Shown in pieces: positions 52,428-64,000 of a stretch of 64,000 nt of DNA (its first letter is position 1; every line of letters begins with the position of its first letter). The stretch covers positions 51,840,373 to 51,904,372 of the forward strand of contig NC_057718.1 in NCBI RefSeq assembly GCF_004010195.1, read 5' to 3'. Source of the stretch: Chiloscyllium plagiosum. Its lineage: Eukaryota. A program made the position numbers and the translations under genes. The notes under the pieces are model-generated. The model was not told the DNA's origin and ran no database searches. It worked only from the letters and a program-made list of their open reading frames with translations.

Positions 52428-54092
52428 TATAGAGTCACAGAGATGTACAGCACAGAAACAGACCTATCGGTCCAACTCTTTCATGCTGACCAGATATCCT
52501 AACCTAATTTAGTCTCATTTGCTAGCACTTGGTCCATATCCCTCTTCAAAAAAATCAATAAGGTCGTGAGACATAATTTCCCACCACAAAGCCATGCTGA
52601 CTATCCCTAATCAGTCCTTGCCTTTCCAAATACATGTACATCCTGTCCCTCAGGATTCCCTCCAACAACTTGCTCATCACCAATGTCAAGCTCGCTGGTT
52701 TATAGTTCTCTGGTTTGTCCTTACTACCCTTCTTAAAGAGTGGCACCAAGTTAGCCAACCTCCAGTCTTCTGGCACCTCACCTGTGACTATCGATGACAC
52801 AAATATCTCAACAAGGGGCCGAGCAATCACTTCCCTGGCTTCCCACAGAGTTCTAGGGTACACCTGATTCAGTCCTGGGGAATTATCCATTTTTATGCAT
52901 TTCAAGACATACAGCAGCTCCTCCCCTGTAATATGGACATTGTTTAAGATGTCACCATCTATTTACCCACATTCTATATCTTCCATGTCCTTCTCGACAG
53001 TAAATACTGATGCAAAATATTAATTTAGTATCTCCCCCATCTCCTGCGCCTCCACACAAAGGCACCTTGCTGATCTTTGAGGGGGCCTATTCTCTCCCTA
53101 GTTACCGTTTCGTCCTTAACGTATTTGTAAAAACCCTTTGGATGCTCCTTAACCATATCTGCCAAAGCTATCTCATGTCGCCTTTTTGGCCTCCTGATTT
53201 CCCTCTTAAGTATATTCCTATTAATTTGATCTCTCCTGTCTAAACCGTCATATGCTTCCTTCTTTTTCTTAACCAAACCTCAATTTCTCTTGTCATCTAG
53301 CATTCTCTATGTCTACTAGCCTTTCCTTTCACCCTAAAAGAGATACATTGTTTCTGGACTCTTGTTATCTCATTTTTAAAGGCTTCCCATTTTCCAGCTG
53401 TCCCTTTACCTGCAAACATCTGCCTCCAAACAGATTTCTAAATTTCTTGCCTAATTCTGTCAAAATTAACCTTTCTCCAAATTAGAACTTCAACTTCTAG
53501 ATCCGGTCTATCCTTTTCCATCACCATTTTAAAACTAATAGAATATTTGCCGCTGGCCCCAAAGTGCTCACCCATTGACACCGCAGTCACCTGCTCTGCC
53601 TTGGAAGTGCCCGTTTTGGACTGGGGTGGACAAAGGTAAAAATCAAACAACACCAGGTTATAGTCCAACAGGTTTAATTGGAAGCACTAGCTAGGGCTTA
53701 CTTACCAGGAGTAGGTCAAGTTTTGCATCTTCTCTCGTAGGGACATCCACATACTGAATCAGAAAAGTTTCCTTTATACACTTAACAAATTCCTCTCCAT
53801 CTAAACCCGTAACACTATGGCAGTCCCTGTCTATGTTTGGAAAGTTAAAAAGCTCTACCATCACCACCCTATTATTCTTACAGATAACTGAAATCTCTTT
53901 ACAAATTTGTTTCTCAATTTTCTGCTGACTATTGGGGGGTCTATAATACAATCCCAATGAGGTGATCATCCCTTTCTTATTTCTCAGTTCTCAGTCCAAA
54001 TAACTTCCCTGGATGTGTTCCCATGAATATTCTCCCGAAGTACAGCTCTAATACTATCCCTTATTACAAACACCACTCCCCCTCCTCTCTTG
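52428..54092 (-). mobile_element. CR1 LINE with a large internal deletion (3' UTR joined to mid-ORF2)
   Basis: GLYYRPPNSQ..FNFPNID (APE) and GEVPEDWRLANLVPLFKKG..DSQHGF. The 3' end is at 52428-52545. Same family as 17542-20289. Confidence 0.92.
53602..53692 (-). mobile_element. About 90-bp 3' tip of the third PLE family, inserted in CR1
   Basis: Matches 42425-42515 (caacaccaggttatagtccaacaggtttaa). Confidence 0.85.
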
Positions 54093-55654
54093 TCCTTAGT
54101 TTGGCCGGTGTATCCTTCTAGACCCAATTGACTTGCTCAATTGCTTTTGCTGATGGGTATTAATGTCACCTACCTAAAGACCATTCAGTGTCCTTACTAC
54201 TGCTAGTGCTTCTTCCAAGTCTGTTCAAAATGGGAACTGAGAAAGAAAGAAAGAAAGATCACTGGATGTCTTAAAGAGGTTTATTGTCAATGATGTCCTT
54301 TGGAAGTGTAGTCACAAAAAATGTATGAAGTTTGGGATCCAAATGATGATCAGTAGCAAATTTTCTTGTCCATGATCTTATGCTGTAAGATGTTATGGAA
54401 TCTAAAGTCAATGTGGCATTCTCTCAGGACCTATATCTCCTGACTGTATACAGTGGTGATGACCAACTTTGGTTGTCTGTCCCAGTGAAGAGAGTTTCTT
54501 GAGTTAAACACCACTGTTGGTATGATCTGCTCAAAGTGCTTCCCTATGTTTTAGCTCATGCAACATATAGAATAAAGACAAGGTTCTTAAGGTTGGCATC
54601 TTGAAGTTTATTAGCAACACTAACTATTTACATTGTTATGATAGATTAAAGTTACACATAGCATGGGTTCTGTGATAACTGATTATTACTGTCATATTGC
54701 ATATGCACAACTGACTGACTGAACACACTACATGGACTCAACTGCACTGACCAGGGAGCAAGTGAAATTGAGAACTTTTATACAGGACTAAACATATTGT
54801 GATGTCATGTAACTGTCTTAACTATACACTGTCTGTCTGGTATGAAATCTATGTAATAATGCAGCAAAGATGCTAATAGAAAATTCGGGATGTTGATTGA
54901 CAATATGATACTGTATAATTACGAGTGGCACTGTTGCATGACTAGTCTATGGCACAGCTCTTCTGACTTTGATTAATGCCCCGAAATGTTAGTTAGGAAG
55001 CTTTGCAAATGGGCTATGTGTGACTTTGTGATATTTGAACTGAATTCCTAGTTCAATGCTAGTTTCTGTCTGCTTTATTTTTGTTCGACATTTCTCTAGC
55101 AAATTGATAGTAGTGAACAGCCTGTTCAATCATTCAGATTGAGTTCAGAGTCAATTACATTGAGGTAATCTAGAATCATATGTAGACATGCTCCATTAAT
55201 GGATCTGTTTTATCAGAAGAAGGAGTTCACATAAAGAGAGGCACAGTGACAGAGAAAGGCTGCCTCCATTTTGAAATTCTTACACTCTAGCCTTTTAACC
55301 TTGTAGCTTTAAAATGCCCTCAGCAATTAGACCATCCTAATAGGTGACAGCTACTATCATCACTGAGGCTTCGGGGAGCCTGTAGTTGAGATGAAAAGTT
55401 CCAGCCAGTCTTTGTCAATGGTTTTTAATAATCCTTTACTGCCCTTTACTTGGATGCTGCTGGTTTGATGTAACCATCCTGGTCCCAGACCATTCTTCCT
55501 AGAGATAGGATCAGAAATTCCAGACTACCCACCTCTAGTCAGCAGGCTTGCAGGCAATATGAATTTTCTCAACCATTCACCTCCATACCAGCTCCACTAC
55601 TTGGAGAAAGAAAGATTTGCCCATGTTGTGGAGGATATAGTAGAACACATCAAG

Positions 55655-58600
55655 TTCAGAATCAAGGGTGGAGTGCTGGAAAAGCACAGTTAGTCAGGCA
55701 GCATCCGAGGAGCAGAAAAATTCTTGTTTTGAGCGTAAGCCCTTCATCAGGAATGAGGCTTGTGGGTAGGGGTGGCTGAAAGATAAATGAGATGGGGGTG
55801 GGGATGGGGTGAAGGTAGCTGTGAATGCACTAGGTAGATGAAGGTGGGAGAGAAGGTGATTGGTCGGAGAGGAGGGTGGAACAGATGAATGGGAAAGACG
55901 ATGGACAGGTCAAGAGGGTGGTGCTGAGTTGGAAGCTTGGGACTGGGATGGGGAGGGAGGGAAATGAAGAAACTGGTGAAACCCACTCTAACCTTCCACC
56001 CTCGCAATGTTCAGCCCTCCAATCCCTCTGCTCCAAATGCAAATCACCAACGAACCAACAGGCCGGGGGCGGGGTGGGGGATGGGGGCACAGTGGAGCCA
56101 GGTGCCAACTCGCAGACACCTCTTCCTACTGTCCCCTCGACCATGACCTCACCTCCCATTACCAAACTACCATCTTCAAGACCATCCACAACTCATCATC
56201 TCTGGGGATCTCCCATCCACAGCTTCCAAACTCATTGTCTGTGAACCCCCCACTGCCCAATTCTATCAGAACCACAGATTCACAAATCTGACTTCCCCGG
56301 TTGACCCATTGTCTCAGCCTGCTCCTATCCCACTGAACTCTTCTCTGCATACCTTGACACCGTCCTGTCCCACTTAGTCCAGGAACTCCTCACATACATT
56401 CAGGGCACCACTCATGCCCTTCACCTCCTCCAAGACTTTCATTTCCCCTGCCCTCTTTGCCTTATCTTCACCATGGGCAACCAACCCCTGTACACAGTGA
56501 TCCGCCACGCCGAAGGTCTCCAAGCCCCCCGTTTCTTCCTCTCACAATGTCCTAACCAGTACCCTTCCGACACCCTCATCCTTCTGGCTGAACTGGTCCT
56601 GACCCTTAACAACTTTTCTTTCTGATCCTCCCACTGCCCTCAAACCAAAGGGGTAGCCATGGGCACCCGCATAGGCCCCAGCTATGCATTCCTCCAATTC
56701 AACCTCAGGAAATCCCAGATGGCTTCCTTACTCAAAAACCACAATTTTCCCTCCCATGTGGTCGCCGATGCCCTCCAGTGCATCTCCTCCACTTCCCACG
56801 CCTCCACCCTTGAACCCCACCCCTCCCAACATAACAATGACTGAACCCCCAGGTCCTTACCTGCCAAAGAAAGAACAAAGAATAGAGAAAATTTTCGCCC
56901 AGGAACAGGCCCTTCGGCCCTCCAACCCTGAGCCAAACCAAATCTCCTGTCGAAACCAGACACCCAATTCCTAAGCATCTGTATCCCTCTGCTCCCCACC
57001 TATTCATGCATCTGTCTAGACGCATCTTAAATGAATCTACCGTGCCTGCCTCTACCACCTCTGCTGGCAACGCATTCCAGACACCCACCACCCTCTGTGT
57101 GAAATACTTTCCACGTGTATCCCCTTTAAACTTTCCACCTCTTACCTTGAAACCATGACCTCTTGTTATTGAATCCTTCACCCTGGGAAAAAGCCTGTCT
57201 CTATCCACCCTGTCTATACCCTTCATGATTTTATAAACCTCAAACAGGTCCTCCCTCAACCTCCTTTTTTCTAATGAAAACAAACTTAACCTACTCAACT
57301 TCTCACCATAGCTAGCACCTTCCATACCAGGCAAATTTCTCGTAAACCTTCTCTGCACCCACTCCAAAGTGTCCACATCCTTTTGGTAATGTGGTGACCA
57401 GAACTGTACACAGTATTCTAAATGCGGCCGAACCAATGTCTTGTATGATTTTAACATGATTTGCCAGTTCTTATACTCAATATCCCGACCAATGAAGGCA
57501 AGCATTCTATATGCCTTCTTGACCACTCTATCCACCTGTGCAGTAACCTTCAGGGTACAATGGACCTGCACTCCCAGATCTCTCTGGCCATCAACTTTTC
57601 CCAACGCTCTTCCGTTCATTGTATAATTCGCTCTAGAATTAGTCTTCCTTAAATGCATCACCTCACATTTGTCTGGATTGAAAACCATCTGCCACTTTTC
57701 TGCCCAACTCTCTAGTCTATCTATATTCTTCTGTATTCTTTGATATCCCTTATGCTTTCTGCTACTCCACCAATCTTCGTGTCATCTGCAAACTTGCTGA
57801 TTATACTAACAGTGCCCTCTTCCAGATCATTTATGTATATCACAAACAACAATGGCCCCAGCACTGATCTCTGTGGAACACCACTGGTCACCTTCCTCCA
57901 TCTCGAGAAACACCCTTCAACTACTACGCTTTGTCTCCTGTTGCTCAACGAGTTCTTTATACACCTAGCTAGAACACCCTGCACACCATGTGACCTCACT
58001 TTCTCCATTAGGCTATCATGGGGAACCTTATCAAACATCTTACTAAAGTCCACGTATATGACATCAACAGCCCTTTCTTCATCTATCAACTTGGTCAACT
58101 ATTAAGTTGGTAAGGCATGATCTCCCCCGCACAAAACCATGTTGCCTATCATTGATAAGCCCATTCCTTTCTAAATATAAATAGATCATATCCCTCAGTA
58201 CCCTCTCCAGCAAATTCCCCACCACCAACATCAGGCTCACTGGTCTGTAGTTACCTGGAATATCCCTACTACCCTTCTTGTACAGGGGGGGGCAACATGA
58301 GCAACCCTCCAGGCCTCCTGCACCTCACCTGTATTTAAGGATGCCACAAAGATATCTGTCAGGGCCCCAGCTATTTCCTCTCTCACCTCCCTCAGCAACC
58401 TGGGATAGATCCCATCTGGTCCTGGGGATTTGTCCACCCTAATAACCTTTAGCCTACCCAACACATCTTCCCTACTTATGTCAACGAGATCCAGACTAAT
58501 TAAACTTCTTTCTTTAATCTCAAGATTCATCATGTTCCTCTCCTCAGTGAATGCTGATGCAAAGTAATCATTCAGAATCTCACCATTATCTCAGGTTTGA

Positions 58601-59745
58601 CACACAGCCTTCCTTCATTATCCTTTAGTGGACCAATCCTTTCTCTAGTTACCCGCTTGCTTCTTATATAAGAATAAAATGCTTTGGGATTCTCCTTAAT
58701 TCTACTCACTAAATCTATTTCATGACCCCTTTTAGCCCGCTTGATTCCTTGTTTAAGACGTGTCCTACTCTTCCGATATTCCTCAAGGGCCCGTTCTGTT
58801 CTTAGCTGCCTGGACCTTATGTACACTCCCCTTTTCCTCTTGGCTAGTCATACAATTTCTCCTGTTATCCATGGTTCACGAATCTTGACCTTCCTATCCT
58901 TTGCCTTCAACGGGACATGCCTATCCTGCACTATCTTTGAAAGCCTCCCACATATCAAATGTGGACTACCCTTCAAATAGCTGTATCCAATCCACATTTC
59001 CGAGCTCCTGCCTAATTTTGATATAATTGGCTTTGGCCCAGTTTAGTACTCTTCCCTGAGGACCACTCTCAACTTTATCTACGAGTATTCTAAAACTTAC
59101 CACAGCACCAACCCCTGTATACATCATCCTCTGCCACTTTCACCACCAACAAACAGATCCCACCTAGGGATATATTTCCCTCCCCACCCCTATCAGTGTT
59201 CCGGAGAGACCAATTCCCTCCACGACTCCCTTGTCAGATCAATGCCCCCACCAGCCCTCACCTTCCCCTGCCACCGCAGGAAATGCAAAACCTGCACCCA
59301 CACCTCCCTCCTCCAAGGCCCCAAATTTAGCTGTACCTCCACAAATGTCAACTACTGTATCCATTGCACCCAATATAGTCTCCTCTACATCGGGGAGACA
59401 GGGCGCCAACTTGCCTCCTCCATCACAAAACCCTAATCACTTGATGCCTGGAGGAAGAACATCTCATCTTCCACCATAGAATCCTGTGACCACATGGGAT
59501 TAATGTGGATTTCACCAGTTTCTTCATTTTCCCTCCCCCTACCTTATCCCAGCCCAAAGCTTCCAACTCGGCACTGCCCTCTTGACCTGTCCATGTCTTT
59601 CCCATCTATCTGCTCCACCATCCTCTCCCACCTAACACCTTCTCTCCCATCTTCATTCTGCTCCTTGGATGCTGCCTGACCTGCTGTGCTTTTCCAGCAC
59701 CTCACTCTTGAATCTGATCTCCAGCATCGGCAGTCCTCACTTTCT
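55655..59745 (+). mobile_element. PLE with an inverted terminal copy (55655-55985, minus), split by a CR1 insertion
   Basis: RT remnants RQLADTSSYCPLDHD, ELVLTLNNFSF, GVAMGTRIGPSYA; GIY-YIG YCIHCTQYSLLYIGETGRQL; 3' tail at 59658-59745. Confidence 0.88.
56866..59100 (-). mobile_element. CR1 LINE, relatively well-preserved ORF2 3' half
   Basis: [42 protein letters not shown], a long open C-terminal segment (57688 downward), and an (aagaa)-type tail. Confidence 0.95.
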
Positions 59746-61260
59746 CTGATTAAGTTACGAATATCTAGTTTAGAAACTGGTGCATTGAGAACCTACAAAG
59801 CTCTTGGCAGACACATCCTCAAATTGCTTTGTTACTGTAGGTTGAGTTCAAAGATACTTCTGGAACCATGGGTTCCTGAGTAGGAAAGGCAGTGGAACTG
59901 GTGCTTCAGAAATCACAAAGACGTTGTGTATTAGATTCCTAACTGTAAGGATGGCCAACAAGATTAACTAGAATAAAGCAGCCTGGTCCAGCATTAAGGC
60001 ACAAAATGGCAGACAGATCAGCACAATTAAACAGCCTGCTCTCGCATTTAAGTGAAAAATAATAGTACCTTTGAACAGGGCTACTCCAAAGTGAATGGGA
60101 GGCCCTAAAAGCAACCATCAGAGCCAATTTTATAAGAGGATGCCTAAGGATAGCCGAAGGATTGATTTCAGCCTCATTAATGAAAGGATATTGTTCCATT
60201 AAGTGAACAGCATCAGTTAGAACAAGGGTGCCCATGAACCAGCCAGCATAACTTATTAAACGACCGTGAAAACAACAAAAAATAAAGTTTTGTAGTAATT
60301 AGTTGTTTGAAGTTATTCATAATATTAAGAAATAGGTTCTAGCTAATGATTCTTCAGATAATCATAGAGATAGGTTTCAACGCAAGTATAGATACATGTA
60401 TAATCAAAGTATAATGGAAGCATTAGGGGAAAAACATTTAAACCTAGATGCAAAAGTTCATTAGTCTCAGGAAATGCTTTCCTTATCTATAAAAAGATGC
60501 CTGGTACACCCTGATTAGATTGTTTGCAACTTATTAGTTACAAAGCGCTAACAGTAGAAGCAATGGTACAAGTTTACACTTTATAACTAACTTTGTAAAT
60601 TAAATTAATATTATGAATCTTACAGCAGTTAGGTAAAAGCAACTGTATTTTGGATTTTTTATATATTAATGGGATAGTGGAAAGTATAAGAGGAATAACA
60701 AAATTTGATAGAGATAGCACATTGAATTCAATAAATAATAGATTTCAAGGGGTCCTCAGAGATAAACGTGCCTGGGACAGACCCAAAGGAGTATAACCAA
60801 TAACTTTGGAATGCAAATCAATAGGATGCACAGAAAGATCTTAGGCTGTGAAGATTACAATGTCTGTTAAATGCCATGAGATCTTGGGAACCTGGGGCTG
60901 TCCACAGGAATGTCAATCATTGATTAAGAGTTTCACAGGATTGAGTGTATGGAATAAGGTGGAAGGGGATAGTGACCACGCTGTATGTGATTATTGTAAC
61001 AGAAAATATTTAAACATGCTGTACTTCACTGTAAAAATCACAGTGTGTCACTGATCTTCTTTTGATCTGAGCTGTAGATTAAGAGAACGATTGGCTTCTC
61101 ATGTCAAGGCCAGATTCGGTGAATATCTTTGGCCCTCTCCCTGCATTAATTGATTGTTGCTTAAATAAAAGTCTTTTACTTGCCCGAATCCTGCCTGCCT
61201 CCTGAGTCTTTGCCCTGGTTGGGGTTTGGATGGGGAGGGGTATGTAATTATATTCCTACA

Positions 61261-62010
61261 CTATTTGAAGTATTGTTGATATTGTAAGAGCACTCTCCAT
61301 CTGTGGTTGTGGACAGAAGTCATCAGCCACATGTAGAACAGGTAGTCTTTGCTGCTAAACAGAGATCTTCTGGCTTGACATGGAGGCTCAAAAATGGTTG
61401 GTATTGAATGACTGATGCAGAATGATGCACTGTAAGTACAACCAGAATAAGGTGAACTCACCAACATTATTGCTTGGGTGTGTAGACACATCTCAACTCC
61501 ACATTCAAGAAGTGGAACCCCTTTGAATTCGTAAACATACCTTCATTGACATATGGTGCCGCTGAGGCATTTGAGTGCGGTAAATGGCTTTCTACACCAT
61601 GTAGAAGCCTGAATGACATCCTGGCAAGGACACACACATGCTCTGCTGCTTCTTTCAGTTAATAGATGAGACAGTGAGGGCTTCCTTATCAGTATATAGG
61701 ATCTCTGTGACCTCCTTAATACAGTGATGGATGGTAAACTTTGATATTAATGGCACCATCTCCATCCTGAAAGTTCAACATGTTTAGAAATTGGGACATG
61801 GGTAACAATAAATGTTGCTGGCAATGGCATTCTCAGTCTGCTTTGCGACAGCAGGTCATGTTCAAAGACGTGGTACAGATCTTTGACCATCTATTTGGCA
61901 AACTTTAGTCACTGTAGACAATGCTTCTGACAGATGTGGAGGTGAAGGAAACATTCCTGAAAGACTCTAGGTGGGTAAGTCCTCTTACAAGAGCTCTCCT
62001 CCTCTTCCCT
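61261..62010 (-). pseudogene. Harbinger/HARBI1-like DDE transposase fossil
   Basis: YPPRVFQECFLHL..LKFAK*MVKDLYH..MPLPA; HHCIKEVTEILY; MFTNSKGFHFLNVEL; SIPTIFEPP; KDYLFYMWLMTSV. Contains stops and frameshifts. Confidence 0.8.
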
Positions 62011-63569
62011 TCACTCTGCTGCATTCTCTACTCTGCCGCAGAGAATTATAACTATAGCTGCCATATTGGCAGCAAGTCAAGCATCCAGCCACCTTTAAAA
62101 ATTCAACCATATCTTAACTGGATCTACAGCAGTAGGAGGCGTTGAGGATGGAGGGAACTGAGCAAGGAAACTTAACAAATGGTGAATGTGAGGAAAGGCA
62201 GCTGGGCTAGATGAACACAATCTCTTGGGAAAATGGGTGCAAGGAACACTGATGGAAAGGGGTTCAGATGAATTCCTCAGCCCAATGTAACTCACAGGCT
62301 CATTCAATGGAAATACTACATATAGTTTCTCATTTATCCTTCATATCCCTTCATATTTTTAATGACCGGAAATGAATGGAAAAAAAGGACCACTGTTTCA
62401 TGATCTGTAGACCTTTTACATTCACATCTCATGTTACAATGCTAAAGGTCCAGTACCACGCTACTCATACAAAATGTATTTCTGTCAATTCTTTTAAAAA
62501 TGTTATACAGCCACTAACTTCTCAGCAGTAAAAAGATAATTAAACAAATTTGATCAAAGAGATGATGCTGGCAAATTGCATAGTGCACAGTCCCTTATGC
62601 ATTTTTACCAGCGAGTGTTTATGTGAAGGAATCGGCAGGAACTAGCAAGACCTAAATTAGCAGGTTAAATACTGAAGCAGCATTAGACACTGATTAATGC
62701 TGCAATTTGATCTCTGCACATGCTTTTGACACTCTTAAGGAAAACTGAGCCACAACTATTTGAAACATGGCAATAGATATGGTTGCTCTAGAAGCGACTG
62801 GAAATGAACGATCCCTCTATCATTTTTTCATCACAATCCAATAATACCAAAGCCAGAAACACTGAAATTTAGTGATTCCGGTGTCTTATATAAATGGATT
62901 GAATCTGTGTCAAGATAACGTACAGCGTTTCAGCTCAATTCTAGAATCAGATTTGACTGTTCCATCAATCCCTTGAGCATGTTGGATAATCAGGTAATGT
63001 GGAGCTGATCTCTGACTTGCATCAGTCGAGAGATGATTGTATTTTATTTCAAATTGGGAATTGATGTGAATATAAGCTTTCTTATTGTTCTGATAGCCTT
63101 TTCTTTTCTATCAAATAAACCTTTCTAGGTAATGTTGCAAGTCACATTTTGTCAAACTGAACCTATGGATCAATACTAAGGTTCAGCTGATTGAAAAGAA
63201 TATGATATCATGCAGTTGAGATTCAATTTGGATCCTTTGATTCCTCAATTTATGAACAATTGAAACACTAATATCCTGCAGAACATGAAAAAGTTTAAGG
63301 GTGGTGGGAAATAGGAGCTGTTTTTGGTCAGTTGTCTGCCTACCATGAAAAACTGATTTATGTTAAGATTGTCAGAGAGGTAGGCCCTTACTTTATGTGG
63401 ATATGCATCTCCTGACAAATTAGAGCCAATGGAGTCAAATGCAGAGGTGGGATGGATGAAGTTTGGGGCTGATTTGGACTTCTTGCTGCAGCCTATTTGT
63501 CCTTCGGAAGAAATCTGTTTCTTATGCAAAAGCTACCCAGAGAGAGAAGCCAAACATCACAGGAGAGCC

Positions 63570-63665
63570 AGGGGCCTGGCACCAGAGTCTTCCCCTCATT
63601 TTATTGATGCTGACTTAGATCTAATGTTGGAGTCCATGAGAAAGAAGAGGAAAATCTTCATCTGA
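63570..63665 (+). pseudogene. Myb/SANT-like N-terminal remnant (Harbinger ORF)
   Basis: SPHFIDADLDLMLESMRKKRKIF resembles APRFSDADLE.LL..V..RR..LF. Confidence 0.55.
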
Positions 63666-63774
63666 GTGTGACTGGGGTGAAGACTTCATTGCACATAGCC
63701 AAATGGTTCACTGGGTGTCTTCTTACTCTGTTCTCCTGCTTTCCTCTGCTGGCAGCAGTGGGACTCAAAGAATC

Positions 63775-64000
63775 CTTACAGTGTGGAAGTAGGTCATTTA
63801 GCCCATCAAGCCACAGACACTCCAACAAGCATCCACCCAGACCCCCACCCTATCCTTCCAATATCTAATCCACCCACCTTCACATCCCTAGATAGTATGA
63901 ACAATTTCCCATGGTCGATCCACCTACCTTCCCATCATTGGACTACAGGACGAAACCAAAGCACCCGGAGAAAAGCCACACAAACACGTGAAAACTTCAC
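63775..64000 (-). mobile_element. HE1/V-type SINE, truncated by the window end
   Basis: Same motifs as 35850-36112. Confidence 0.78.

Noticed and set aside
56732..57688. Longest ORF (318 aa) as a host gene
   Set aside because: It is the CR1 ORF2 C-terminus reading through into UTR and PLE sequence.

Overview
Repeat-rich, non-bacterial vertebrate DNA, most likely intronic or intergenic sequence from a shark. The taxon is inferred from the repeat set: HER1-type CR1 LINEs, HE1/V-type SINEs and abundant Penelope-like elements. No intact gene is recognisable. A large share of the window is decayed transposable elements: about ten CR1 LINE fragments, a second older CR1/L2-group LINE, a nested Gypsy LTR fossil (about 17.2-24.0 kb), three Penelope-like (PLE) families, Harbinger transposase and Myb/SANT fossils, TA-flanked Tc1/pogo-type MITEs and tRNA-derived SINEs. 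The most notable signal is a set of minimal hammerhead-ribozyme motifs (CUGANGA-stem II-GAAA-palindrome) in the PLE termini, including about 180-bp hairpin mini-elements with target-site duplications. Other points of interest are a 220-bp inverted duplication, tandem duplications (one preserving a pre-insertion site), and an unidentified candidate terminal coding exon at 25555-25882. All family calls come from motif recognition by eye, not database searches.
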